A DNA stretch of 60,380 bases, filler included, from Nemertoderma westbladi (GCA_032718475.1; 3 parts of 3 records of this genome joined end to end with filler, not necessarily neighbours in it), one strand, 5' to 3'; numbered from the whole stretch's first letter, positions 36,398-49,241 are shown. Numbers and translations: made by a program. Notes: a model not told the origin generated them from the sequence alone.

Positions 36398-38279
36398 TGG
36401 ATATTGTACAGCAGTAGGCCTACCAGTGACACAATAGAACGTCTTCTCCTCAGTGTTAGCAGATTTAGGGTCTGCAGGACGTGGCTTCTCGTAGGAAACT
36501 CGACAATTCTGGGTCAGGGGGCCTGCTGTTGGGAGTTCCCGGTAGAGTGTTTGTCATGCGAGACAGAGGGGTCGTTGTGAAATAACAAAGATGGAGTGGT
36601 TCACAACAGTGTAATATTCGTCTGATATAACTGAATAGATACATTAAATAATATCATCTCGCATAATATAGTGAAGACATTGCAAGAATATATAACCATA
36701 ATAAATTTACCATCTCAACTACTAATCCAGCAGTAACCAATCCAGTATCAATAACTAACTATAAGGCATTGACTAGCAGCTGTTTGTCTATCACTTAACG
36801 CCCTCCACCATGTAATGGAGGCTTTACTACCGTAAACTACATGTAGCACAATTCCTATCAAAACAAAATGTATCATAGCTTTGTATAGTTGTACATTGGG
36901 AAATTTATGAGCATAATATTAAATTAAATTAAATTAAAAAACAACACGTTTCGAATATTTAATTCACACTATTCGCTCTAACCAATAACCATGTAAACGA
37001 CGTATATTATGGCATACAATTTGTATTAATATTTGCTAGAATTATTTCGTGTGCCTTAATATTTTATTTCCGATGATGCAATTAAATTATCTATGGTATA
37101 AAAATAAATTTGTGCTGTAAATAATTATTTTGTGATATAACTGACCAATGGGGAATATAAGACTTATAAAATAGACTTAAAAGAAGATAAATAAGACTTA
37201 TAAGAATAAGATCTTAAGATAGCCCCCAAAGTTGAAACTTAACAAGCAATGACCGAAACATCAGCAAGGTCGGGAAAACTCAAAGTGGCTTTCAAACCCA
37301 GGAATCAACACCATGCACCGAACTGTCCGGGAACGAACAGTCCGGGACAGGCCTGTCCGCATTCTACTTTACTTCTACTATTTTTGGATTTTTTTTTTTT
37401 TAAAATCTTTTTCAGGTTTCTTTACTGTGTTGCCTGCATACTGTGGAATGAAATCTATATTCATGAATCTCAATCTCAAACCAATACCTAATATAACTCA
37501 GTAATATAAATCTAGATGTAGCCTTTATTATAAACCCACAATTCCCTGACCAATTCGTAAATTAATTTATAATTAAAATTTATGTACATAAAGTTATGCA
37601 ATTTAAAACATCAATACCAGAAACAATTACAATCCCAATAAATACAAATAAAAAAATAAGAAATTCTAAACTTCTATTTATCACTTTTCTTCATTCGATC
37701 TTTTCAAAAATGAATAAAAAGATGAACGGCCTCTTACTGTAGATAAAAATTGCTTTATTCAATGATAAAATATCATGCTGCTCGAAGGCTTCTCAATAAT
37801 TAGACAAGCCCTTACATTATATCCTTTTACTCAAGTTTGAGAAAAGAGATTAAAGAAACTGTTTGCAGAATTCCAATTTAGCATTTATAATACATCTACT
37901 ACTGTATTATTATGAGACACAGAATTAATTAAAGCGAAGAGAATAAAACGATCAAAATTTTTATAACCCATATGGTCATTTCTCTAAATGTATCGCGCTA
38001 CGAGAAATACATATTTATATTTGAAACAATAAATCGTACAACTTCAGTATTTCATAAAATTAAACCAATAAAATTAATAAAATCTCAAGATTATCTGGGA
38101 TGCAATGTAAATTCCAACGAATCCAATATTTATTAAATTTTTTCAATTTTTTTCAAAATGTTTTTCTTGTAACTAGCACATTTTTTCACCTTAACCCTGC
38201 TCTGAGAATAAACAGTAAATATTATAAACAACCACCACAATAATGTTTAGTTTTTATGCTCCTCCAATGTCAGTATTAT

Positions 38280-38906
38280 CTATTGCAATAGAGCCACAAT
38301 GACAACTCCAATAACCCACCCCATCACCAGTGTAACATTATCTGAACCGCTTTCTGTAACATCAGAAGGAGTGGCCACTGTAGTACTGGTTGTCTTCATG
38401 ACATCATCTTCCCACACTGCCGCCGGACACGTTCCATTACAGCATTGTAACTGGCACGACTCGTAGATATCTGTTAGCTTACTTAGCGCTACTTCTCTCA
38501 TAGCTAACCCAAAGTAGACTAGGTCTTTACGCAACTCGTCTGTCTTGGCGGCTGGTAGTACGACTGTACGGAAGTATTCACAACCGTACTCATTTAGAGC
38601 TAGACATTCTACTACTTTTACGAAGCAGCCTTTCATCACTATTTCACCTGCGATCTGATCATCATACTGATTGGAATATCCTCTTGCCTGGTATGTGAAA
38701 ACGGCGCAGACAGAACAATTCACCTGGATTTCATCCTCACGATATTCAAAACGGTTGACTTCAAAATACCTTTCCACTGTTGCTTCATATTCATTTTGCA
38801 GATCAATATTTCTTGAAGCTGATGTCCACTTAGTACCTTGAGGACATTCAAGGCTCCATGTGATTCCTATGAGAACTGATATATATGCGACTGAATGCAA
38901 TAGCAT
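38280..38906 (-). CDS. Ly6/uPAR three-finger-like secreted protein, probably GPI-anchored, single coding exon, ~208 aa
   Basis: First in-frame ATG at 38906. Signal peptide MLLHSVAYISVLIGITWS, then LEC; 10 Cys including CxxC, KGC and CCNGTC; S/T-rich stalk; hydrophobic C-terminus with no cytoplasmic tail. Confidence 0.7.
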   Translation of the reverse strand: MLLHSVAYISVLIGITWSLECPQGTKWTSASRNIDLQNEYEATVERYFEVNRFEYREDEIQVNCSVCAVFTYQARGYSNQYDDQIAGEIVMKGCFVKVVECLALNEYGCEYFRTVVLPAAKTDELRKDLVYFGLAMREVALSKLTDIYESCQLQCCNGTCPAAVWEDDVMKTTSTTVATPSDVTESGSDNVTLVMGWVIGVVIVALLQ

Positions 38907-38999
38907 TATTACATAGAAATTCACATCTCATTTAATCTAATGCCTTGAATGAATAGTGTGGGTTCTCCAATATTGAAGCACTTGGTAGTTGGTAGCAGG

Positions 39000-39230
39000 A
39001 GATATATATAGCACTTGTGAAAAGTTTTTGGTCTAAGTATTTGTGAACGTTTTCTGCAACGGATAACAGAGCATGGAATGTTGGTACTGTAGTAGATTTA
39101 GGGCGAAAGCCAAATTGAGAACTGGATAATATTGAATATTTGTTAAGGTTGGTATGCAGTAGATTTAGGGCGAAAGCCAAATTGAGAACTGGATAATATT
39201 GAATATTTATTAAGGTAAGAAAGTATGTTA
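39000..39230 (-). mobile_element. Short CR1/L2-type RT fragment with an internal tandem duplication
   Basis: KYSILSSSQFGFRPKST occurs twice, followed by HALL...HKYLDQKLFTSAIY. Confidence 0.7.
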
Positions 39231-39380
39231 CCGTAGCAAAGTTTTAAACAATAAACAAAGCAGCCATGGATTGAAACCCACCCAGATTCGCAACCCAAGA
39301 ACAACAAATAATGGTAGATTTGGTCGGCACCAAATCTACCATCCAAGTAAGGGAAATATATACGAGTTGCACCAAGCGTA

Positions 39381-39935
39381 TCAAACTTGTATTTTTCGGT
39401 GCTGTGTGCAAAATTTTGGTCCTAGCACGAAATTTTGGAAAATCCATTCAATAGATAAAATTGTTTGTGACAATTTATTTCTTGCGTTGTAGAGGTTTAT
39501 GGCTGGTCCGAATTCAATGGAATATATAATTATCGAACTAGACATCTCAAACTTGTATTTTTCGGAAGTGGGTGCAAAATGAGGTGCTAGCACCAAATTT
39601 TGAAAACCATCAAATATATCAATTGATTGTGTCACCTTGTTTCTTGCGTTATACGGGTTTGTGGGGGTTCTGAATTCAATGGAATAAGTAAAAATTTCAT
39701 AAGAGTTTTCAAATTTGTATTTTTCGCCGATGATGGGTGAAAATTGTTGTGCCAGCACCAAATTTTTTAAAATAAGCAAATTGATCAGTAGATAGTATCA
39801 TCTTGTTTCTTGCGTTATACGGGTTTATGAGGGTCCTGAATCCGATGGAATCAATAAAAACAGCACTGGACATCGCAAACTTGCACTTTTTGGTAATGGG
39901 TACGAAATTTGGTGCTAGCATCAAAATTTGCCAAA
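39381..39935. repeat. Diverged ~165-bp tandem repeat x3.4 with GGTGCTAGCACC palindrome
   Basis: AAAYTTGYAYTTTT recurs at ~39384, 39549, 39711 and 39877; TTTCTTGCGTT and GAATTCAATGGAAT-like blocks recur with the same period. Confidence 0.8.
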
Positions 39936-39966
39936 TTAAGCCGAAAAATACAAGTAGTAATGATCT

Positions 39967-42035
39967 TTGGATATATTTTATGTATCGGATATATTTTATG
40001 TATTGGATATATTTTATGTATCGGATATATTTTATGTATCGGATATATTTTATGTATTGGATATATTTTATGTATCGGATATATTTTATGTATTGGATAT
40101 ATTTTATGTATCGGATATATTTTATGTATCGGATATATTTTATGTATTGGATATATTTTATGTATCGGATATATTTTATGTATTGGATATATTTTATGTA
40201 TCGGATATATTTTATGTATTGGATATATTTTATGTATCGGATATATTTTATGTATCGGATATATTTTATGTATCGGATATATTTTATGTATTGGATATAT
40301 TTTATGTATTGGATATATTTTATGTATTGGATATATTTTATGTATCGGATATATTTTATGTATCGGATATATTTTATGTATCGGATATATTTTATGTATT
40401 GGATATATTTTATGTATCGGATATATTTTATGTATCGGATATATTTTATGTATCGGATATATTTTATGTATCGGATATATTTTATGTATTGGATATATTT
40501 TATGTATCGGATATATTTTATGTATCGGATATATTTTATGTATCGGATATATTTTATGTATTGGATATATTTTATGTATCGGATATATTTTATGTATTGG
40601 ATATATTTTATGTATCGGATATATTTTATGTATCGGATATATTTTACATATGTATTGGATATATTTTACATATGTATCGGATATATTTTATGTATCGGAT
40701 ATATTTTATGTATTGGATATATTTTATGTATCGGATATATTTTATGTATCGGATATATTATATGTATCGGATATATTTTATGTATCGGATATATTTTATG
40801 TATCGGATATATTTTATGTATCGGATATATTTTACATATGTATTGATATATTTTACATATGTATCGGATATATTTTATGTATCGGATATATTTTATGTAT
40901 CGGATATATTTTATGTATTGGATATATTTTATGTATCGGATATATTTTATGTATCGGATATATTTTATGTATCGGATATATTTTATGTATCGGATATATT
41001 TTATGTATCGGATATATTTTACATATGTATTGGATATATTTTACATATGTATCGGATATATTTTATGTATCGGATATATTTTATGTATTGGATATATTTT
41101 ATGTATCGGATATATTTTATGTATTGGATATATTTTATGTATCGGATATATTTTATGTATCGGATATATTTTATGTATTGGATATATTTTATGTATCGGA
41201 TATATTTTATGTATTGGATATATTTTATGTATCGGATATATTTTATGTATCGGATATATTTTATGTATTGGATATATTTTATGTATTGGATATATTTTAT
41301 GTATCGGATATATTTTATGTATTGGATATATTTTATGTATCGGATATATTTTATGTATCGGATATATTTTATGTATCGGATATATTTTATGTATCGGATA
41401 TATTTTATGTATTGGATATATTTTATGTATCGGATATATTTTATGTATCGGATATATTTTATGTATCGGATATATTTTATGTATCGGATATATTTTACAT
41501 ATGTATCGGATATATTTTATGTATCGGATATATTTTATGTATTGGATATATTTTATGTATCGGATATATTTTATGTATTGGATATATTTTATGTATCGGA
41601 TATATTTTATGTATCGGATATATTTTATGTATCGGATATATTTTATGTATCGGATATATTTTATGTATCGGATATATTTTACATATGTATCGGATATATT
41701 TTATGTATCGGATATATTTTATGTATTGGATATATTTTATGTATCGGATATATTTTATGTATCAGATATATTTTATGTATCGGATATATTTTATGTATCG
41801 GATATATTTTATGTATCGGATATATTTTATGTATTGGATATATTTTATGTATCGGATATATTTTATGTATCAGATATATTTTATGTATCGGATATATTTT
41901 ATGTATTGGATATATTTTATGTATCGGATATATTTTATGTATCGGATATATTTTATGTATTGGATATATTTTATGTATTGGATATATTTTATGTATCGGA
42001 TATATTTTACATATGTATTGGATATATTTTATGTA
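39967..42035. repeat. 18-bp minisatellite (~110 units) GGATATATTTTATGTATY with occasional 22-bp variants (+ACAT)
   Basis: Directly visible; essentially stop-free on the + strand, which explains the spurious long ORFs. Confidence 0.98.
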
Positions 42036-44512
42036 GAACCCTTGAAGAAAGACTGCCACAAGAACGGATACTTCAAGTGAAGGATTGGGAAGAGGAGAGC
42101 AGTGAGGTTGACGAACTCACTGAGGGAATAAGATACTCCTCAGACAACGACGACACCTACCAACTCTTCGAGGAAGAGCAGACTATCGATTTACTAACCG
42201 AAAATAACACGTGGGGAGACCAGCAAAATTTGTGTCAACTGACTTATCCATCCGGATCTATGGACCACAATGACGAACTCAATGAAGAGATAGAGCGTCA
42301 TAACGCTAGAACCCGAGACGAACTTGCCGTACGATTCTTTACTCAAGAACTAGTAGAACCAAATTCGTACGATAAGGCGCTATCAATAGAAGAGGAAAGA
42401 GCCAAGCAAATTCAGGAAACAACTACGCGTTTTCTAAAAGATCAGGGTAGGTATGAAATCGGCCTGCCATTTCGAAAACGAGAACCTAGATTCATAAACA
42501 ACAGACCCTTGGCCGAGAAAAGACTCTCTCAATTGCATCGACGCCTTACGGCAAACGCTTCAGCTAAAGAAATGTACCAAACGCAGCTGAAGAAATTTAT
42601 TAGCAAGGGTTATGCGGAGCGAGTACCGGAAGAAACACCCATAACAGAGAGAACATACTACCTAACACATCATTATGTTCCCAAACCCGGTAAACCACAT
42701 GAAGTACGCGTGGTATTTGATGGCTCCGCCCTATATAAGGGTCAATCTCTGAATTCCGAGTTACTACCAGGACCCAACTTGCTACAATCACTGTTGGGAA
42801 TACTTCTACGATTAAGAGAATATTCTATAGCGTTCGCCTCCGATATCGAAGGAATGTTCTTACAGGTTAAGGCGTTAGATAAAGATAGAGACAGTTTAAG
42901 GTTTCTATGGTGGCCTGAAGGAGACCTCCAACGGACACCAGAGGAGTACTGGATGACCATCCAAGCTTTCGGAATCATATCCAGTCCTTCCAACGCCTGC
43001 TCCGTAGTACGAACTACGGCGGATGACAACCGAGACGCCTTCTCCAAAGAGGTGATTGACAACATCAAGAAGAACATCTACATGGATGACAATTTAAAGT
43101 CCCTTCCATCGGTAGAACAAGCCATTGAGGTCGCAAAAGGAACGGTGGAGTGTTTGAAAAGAGGTGGATTTCGACTGACGAAATTCACTAGCAACTCCCG
43201 CGAGTTTCTGGAAGCAATACCGATAGAAGACCGAGGAGCGAAAGACCTCGATCTGATAAAAGACGATCTTCCAGAGACCAAGACGCTTGGCTTAAAATGG
43301 GACACAGAAAGAGATATCCTGTTTTTTCAACTAAAACAGCGCGAGAATACAGTTCGGACCAAACGGATTTGTCTAAGCATCCTGAGCACTTATTTCGACC
43401 CATTAGGATTTATTAGTCCAGTCATATTGATTGCTCGGAGTTTAGTACAGCAAATGTGGCTGGAAAACCACTCATGGGACGATCCACTTACGGGAGAGCT
43501 ATTAAAGAAATGGATGAAATGGGAGGATTCTCTACCCGCCATCGAGAATTTTATAATTTCCCGTTCATATTTTGGTCACGTTCTCCCTACGTATTCCTAT
43601 CAACTCCATGTGTTTGGAGACGCGAGCGACACGGGAATAGGAATAGTGGCATACCTTCGAGTCGAGACTCCAGATGGAATCAAAGTCGCCTTGGTTACCT
43701 CTAAGGCATTGATTAATAACAAGTTGAAGGTTCCTCGAGCGATTTATATTTTATCTAGATGCATTGTCGGAGGGGAATTGTTCGCCATATCAATCCGAAC
43801 GACCGCCGACATTCGCTTGGAGCTGCCGCTTTATAAAGAGATGCGCATCGGCGGATACATTTCTATTATAAACCCCATCTTCGAAGGTGTTGGCCGTTTT
43901 CCGGTAATAACCACCAAGGACGTAATCCTCCCGGTGCAACCAGCGGCTGGCGACCTACGGGAGTTCCCAACACCGTTGATGGAGACGGATACGAAGATGG
44001 CCGCCTTCGCCATAACGGTTGAAACTCTCAACATCCGCAAGCTGGGTGTTATAGACGGAGTGTGTCCTGGGCGTGTCTGCGATGGGCGGTTTGGCGACAG
44101 CCCGTGTAAGTGCTGTCTTAATGTTCCAGCGAAAGTTGAGTGGGGCGTCGAATTCACTTTGGGAAGGTTCGACAATAAGGGTCATCCCGTCGTCCCGTTT
44201 TCATCCCGTCAGTTCCTCAGCCACTTCATCCACAAGGACTCTATGGATATTAAACTGGCGGACATGGATGAGGACGAGATAGAAGGTTGTATCGACTTCG
44301 TTAGAGAACGGGTGACGTTGCTCAACAGGCTTGGCTCGGGGTATTATATAACCGGATGGGTGAAACCAGGAGAAAGGGAGGGCGACGACATACCGTCAGT
44401 GCCTTCTATGCACGTTTGTGACATAAAAATCGGTAACAACGATCTTCCATTTGTCACGAGACGTATCCGGGCTACTGTACAGCCAGTTGTTGTACGTCTC
44501 TCAGCAATGTGA
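42036..44512 (+). mobile_element. Bel/Pao LTR-retrotransposon RT plus partial RNase H, fused in frame at ~43710 to an unrelated Cys-rich domain; no stops or frameshifts
   Basis: GRYEIGLPF, YYLTHH.V, VRVVFDGS, SLN..LLPGPNL, DIEGMFLQV, RFLW, FGIISSP, YMDD, KTLGLKW, TKR..LS..FDPLG, WDDPL, LHVFGDAS, AYLR, LVTSK. Then a non-Pao sequence with C.G..CD...C.CC and GW.KPG. First ATG in unique sequence at 42260. Confidence 0.88.
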
Positions 44513-44632
44513 AACACAATAAATTCATTATATTATAAAATTATATATAAATATTATTCAATAAATATCCATATGCAAATTGCAATTATTATTTTCGGCC
44601 ATTTTAATTTGTGTTTGATTATTTATTTTGGT
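44494..44632 (+). repeat. Direct repeat copy A (includes the ORF stop and an AATAAA)
   Basis: ACGTCTCTCAGCAATGTGAAACAC..ATAAATTCAT..TTAATTTGTGTTTGATT.TTTATTTTGGT matches 46064-46169. Confidence 0.85.
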
Positions 44633-46060
44633 TTCAATCCGTAACGGCCTTAAATTAGAACATCAGTTATAATCAGTAACGGCCTGAAATTAGAACATTA
44701 GTTATAATCAGTAACGGCCTGAAATTAGAACATAAGTTACAATCCGTAACGGCCTTAAATTAGAGCATAAGTTACAATCCGCAATGGCCTTATTAGAACA
44801 TTAGTTATAATCATTAATGGCCTGAAACTAGAATGTAAGTTACAATCTGTAACGGCCTGAAATTAGAACTTAAGTTATAATCCGTAATAGCCTTAAATTA
44901 GAACATAAGTTATAATCAGTAACAGCCTGAAATTAGAGCTTAAGTTTCAATCCGCAACGGCCTTCAATTAGAACATAAGTTATAATCATTAATGGCCTGA
45001 AACTAGAACATAAGTTACAATCCGTAACGGCCTGAAAATAGAACATAATTTACAATCCGTAACAGCCTGAAATTAGAACATAAGCTACAATCCGTACTGG
45101 CCTTAAATTAGAACATAAGTTACAATCTGTAACGGCCTGAAAATAGAACATAGGTTGCAATCTGTAACGCCCTGAAATTAGAATATAAGTTATAATTAGT
45201 AACAGCCTGAAATTAGAAAATAAGTTACTAAGTTCGGAAATAACTAATAAGTTAGGAAATGGCCTTAAATTAGAAGATAAGTTACAATCCGTAACGGCCT
45301 TAAATTAAAACATAAGTTACAATCCGTAACGGCCTGAAATTAGAACATAAGTTACAATCAGTATCGACCTGAAATTAGAGCATAAGTTACAATCCGTAGT
45401 GGCCTTAAATTAAAACATAAGTTACAATCCGTAATGGTCTGAAATTAGAACAGAAGTTACAATCCATAACGGTCTGAAATTAGAACATAAGTTACAATTC
45501 GTAACTGCCTGAAATTAGAACATAAGTTATAATCCGTATTGGCCTGAAATTTGAGCATAAGTTACAATCTGTAATGGCCTGAAATTAGAGCATAAGTTAC
45601 AATCAGTATCGACCTGAAATTAGAGCATAAGTTACAATCCGTAATGGCCTTAAATTAAAACATAAGTTACAATCCGTAACGGTCTGAAATTAGAACAGAA
45701 GCTACAATGCGTAACGGTCTGTAATTAGAACATAAATTACAATCCGTAGCGGCCTGAAATTAGAACATAAGTTATAATCCGTATTGGCCTGAAATTAGAG
45801 CAAAAGTTACAATCCATAATGGCATGAAATTAGAGCATAAGTTACAATCCGTAATGGCCTGAAATTAGAGCATAAGTTACATCCCGTAATATAAGTTACA
45901 ACCCGTAACGGCCTAAAATTATAGCATAAGTTGCAATCCGTAACGGCCTGAAATTAGAGCATAAGTTACAATCCATATCGACCTGAAATTATAGCACAAG
46001 TTACAATCCGTATCGACCTGTAATTAGAGCATAAGTTACAATCCTTAATGGCCTTAAATT
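44633..46060. repeat. 35-bp satellite (~40 diverged units), consensus AATCCGTAACGGCCTGAAATTAGAACATAAGTTAC
   Basis: Period 35 (e.g. 44636, 44671, 44706); directly visible. Confidence 0.97.
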
Positions 46061-46063
46061 TTA

Positions 46064-46169
46064 ACGTCTCTCACCAATGTAAAACACGCATAAATTCATA
46101 GTATATTATTTGAAAATTGCATTTATTATTTTCAGGCAATTTAATTTGTGTTTGATTGTTTATTTTGGT
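46064..46169 (+). repeat. Direct repeat copy B
   Basis: ACGTCTCTCACCAATGTAAAACAC..ATAAATTCAT..TTAATTTGTGTTTGATTGTTTATTTTGGT; a diverged, shorter copy of 44494-44632. Confidence 0.85.
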
Positions 46170-47582
46170 ACATAAAGTTTTAAATTAATTTCAATTACAT
46201 TCGCCCAGTTTAATTACAGTTTCGTTATTTATTTGCTAAACTTCATAATATATTCCAACCCCCTTCCCGAGCCCTGCCCCCTGAGCCATGCCCCCCGAGC
46301 CATGCCCCCCCCCCCCCCCCCCACCATATCTGAAAGATCCGTGGCAGGCCAGGTATTTCCAGATGTTCCAGCGCCTATTTGTAACATAATATTTCATCGT
46401 GATATAATATAATACAAAAATATGTATTATTTATATTTGATAATATTTTTAGAACAGTTTAGAGTCCAATAAACTTTGGCGTCCAGTTGGGGTCGAACGT
46501 TTTATAGCATGGACTTCCAACTTGGAGGTCACCATTTCGATTCCACCTGGGCCCCAAAGCTAAACTATAGTAAGCTACGATCAACTAACATTCTATTACA
46601 ATAATTATTGTAATACATTGTAATGAGGGAGATTATTAATTTAATTTAGATGGATAATTATTTATATTGCTAATGTACTGTACAGCATGCAAAGGCGATA
46701 CTATATATACATTTCCTCCAAATAGATTCAATAATTAATCATTAAAATCCAAAATAACTAATAATCTGTTATAAACAAATAGTCTGTATAAAATCGTAAT
46801 TTGTTACAAATAATCGGTCGTAACGAGTTCCGTAATTAGAATTAGAACTAAATAGTCTGTGTATATTAGATAGCACATCTCAGTAGAATCAATATATATA
46901 AGTTCCATGTTAAAATAAATTGTATTAAAATTAAGGTTTTTAGGTCAACTGGATTCGATGGCAGTGAGAGCTGTAGGATACTTTGTATTAATCGATTGAT
47001 CTTTACTATATAATCTCCAACAACTATGCTTATTTTCAGTTAAATACTAAAAGTTCCTTTCAGGTGCTGCGCTCTAAATACTACACAGAGATATGACTTA
47101 ATACTAATTACAATGGGCAGGCATGAGATAACACAAATGTTTACATCCTTTAGGGATGTATTTATTGAACGTTCACACTCAAACACGGACAGACAATAGT
47201 ACTGAAACACGCTAATTTGCCAACAGTCACCAATTTTACTTGCATATAGGGAGAACTTAACTCACGTACGTTGGGGACTATGAAACAGCATAAACTCATA
47301 CAAACCACTGTTATTTGAACTATGCACTTGTGAATAGTAAACCCCTCCGCTTACCTCAATAAATCATGAAAACCAAGAGATCTACCAGTTATTCGTAAGT
47401 ATTCTCCAACTATTGGCATTAATCCATATATTACAAATTGCAACAGATTATAAACAGCATAAATCAGTATAAAAATGTCGTTTGGTGTTGCGGCAATATC
47501 AGACAGTCAGGATGTGTTGCAGAGAGTAGTGAGTCTGCATGTGGTGTCAACGTAATGCAAACGTGAGTAGACGTGTAATAGA

Positions 47583-47682
47583 NNNNNNNNNNNNNNNNNN
47601 NNNNNNNNNNNNNNNNNNNNNNNNNNTTAATTAATTAANNNNNNNNNNNNNNNNNNNNNNNNNNNNNNNNNNNNNNNNNNNN
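47583..47682. other. Assembly gap with artificial spacer
   Basis: N44-TTAATTAATTAA-N44. Confidence 0.98.
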
Positions 47683-48503
47683 ACACTGCAATAATAAAAT
47701 CTAAGCATCCGAATTCAGCCTCCCGGGTGTAGATCCATCGGGTGAATGATCGCGCATGGGCTGGCTTCGGCTAATGTTTTGTTTATTAGCATAAAATATT
47801 GTCGTATGCTAAAGGTGTGTTAATTAACTAAAAGACATATAAATTTTGGCAGGTTAAACTGCTAAAGGTCTTCAAAAGCGCGAACAGATAATGAAGTTTT
47901 GTATTGTTAAATTTAAATTTATATAACATCGATATTAGTCTTAAATTCCGGTTGCATCTTAATATGTTTAAAAAACCATTCCAAAATTCATTACAATGGG
48001 TGTATTAAATTCAACTTCCAACCAAAAACATACCTTAACTACACTTTAATCGTCTCCAGAAAAAATGTATGTAGGATGTGACTGAAAATAAAATTGTCTT
48101 AAAGGTGTGCTAAGATGGGGATTCCGGTGATGTAAGTTTAGTTGTAATGGAAACTTGTCTCATACCATTTTGTTCATTTTAGGCGGTTAATTTATTACTA
48201 AAATATATTGAAGCAATAGGGTGAACTATCTTTACCGCTCCTGGCTGGGGACAATTTTTTTAATTTACCTACAAAAATCACCGAAAACATTTTATATATA
48301 CTGCGATGCAAGGTTCAGTGGAAAGGGGCCAAGGGAACATTTCGTCCAAGGAGCGATTAATACTGTAGTAAGCTGCGGCTTCATTTTTTGCTCTATGTCG
48401 GAGCGACACTGTTTATTATGATAACCATATTCCTTAACCGAATTCCAAACATGTACTATTATATTTATTTTAGTGAAGCCGTTAACTGCTATATTTGTTT
48501 CAG

Positions 48504-48755
48504 GGTGTGTTAAATTGTGTGGGAGCGGTACTGCCATCAATGCTTGAGCGAGATAAAGGCCACATACTAAACATTTCTTCGGATGCTGGGAGAAAAGGTT
48601 TCCCTGGACTCTCTGTGTATTCCGGTACAAAGTTCTTTGTCGAGGGTTTCAGTCAAGGATTGAGAGGCGAGTTGGTCGGTACCGGTGTCAGACTCACCAA
48701 CATCCAACCCGGAGATGTAAAGACTGAATTAGTAGCGCATTCTACGGACACTGAG
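48504..48755 (+). CDS. Short-chain dehydrogenase/reductase (classical SDR), penultimate exon
   Basis: Acceptor TTTGTTTCAG| and donor GAG|GTAAGT, 252 nt. GHILNISS, catalytic YSGTK (YxxxK), IQPGDVKTEL. The N-terminal Rossmann exons were not found in this contig. Confidence 0.92.
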
Positions 48756-49241
48756 GTAAGTAACCATCAATATTGTACCAGTCTCATGGGCACCGCGGTT
48801 ATTCTTTAAATAACTGATTATTGATGGTATCTAATATGTGGCCTATGTGGGTGTTCGAATATAAAATATTTATATTTGGGGGCATCCAGAACGGACGACC
48901 GAACGTTACCTTTTTTTCTTTTAAATTCGGACGTCCGAAGTAGGGGGGGGGGGGGGGGGGGTGTTTTTTGGATGCCCCCTTTGCACAGAATGCTATTTAT
49001 CTTATCTACAGTATTTTACAACAAAAATCAGTGGGACTTGCAAATCACTAACATGGCTCATATTATCTGCTGCACCACTTGTACCATATAGGCATAGGCA
49101 GGAGACTTTTTGAGGCACTTATATTATTAGATTGCCTTGACAGACTACGGTATAGGGCCTACTCATGTCAGTTACTTTCGGTGAGTTTATAAGATTCTCT
49201 TTTGCTCTTAAAACAATATTATTATCGTTTGTGTTATATAG

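Noticed and set aside
39803-42080. ORFs of 347, 723 and 689 aa and the repetitive N-terminal third of the 1217-aa ORF
   Set aside because: Translations of the 18-bp minisatellite, open in all three frames, with no independent evidence of coding.
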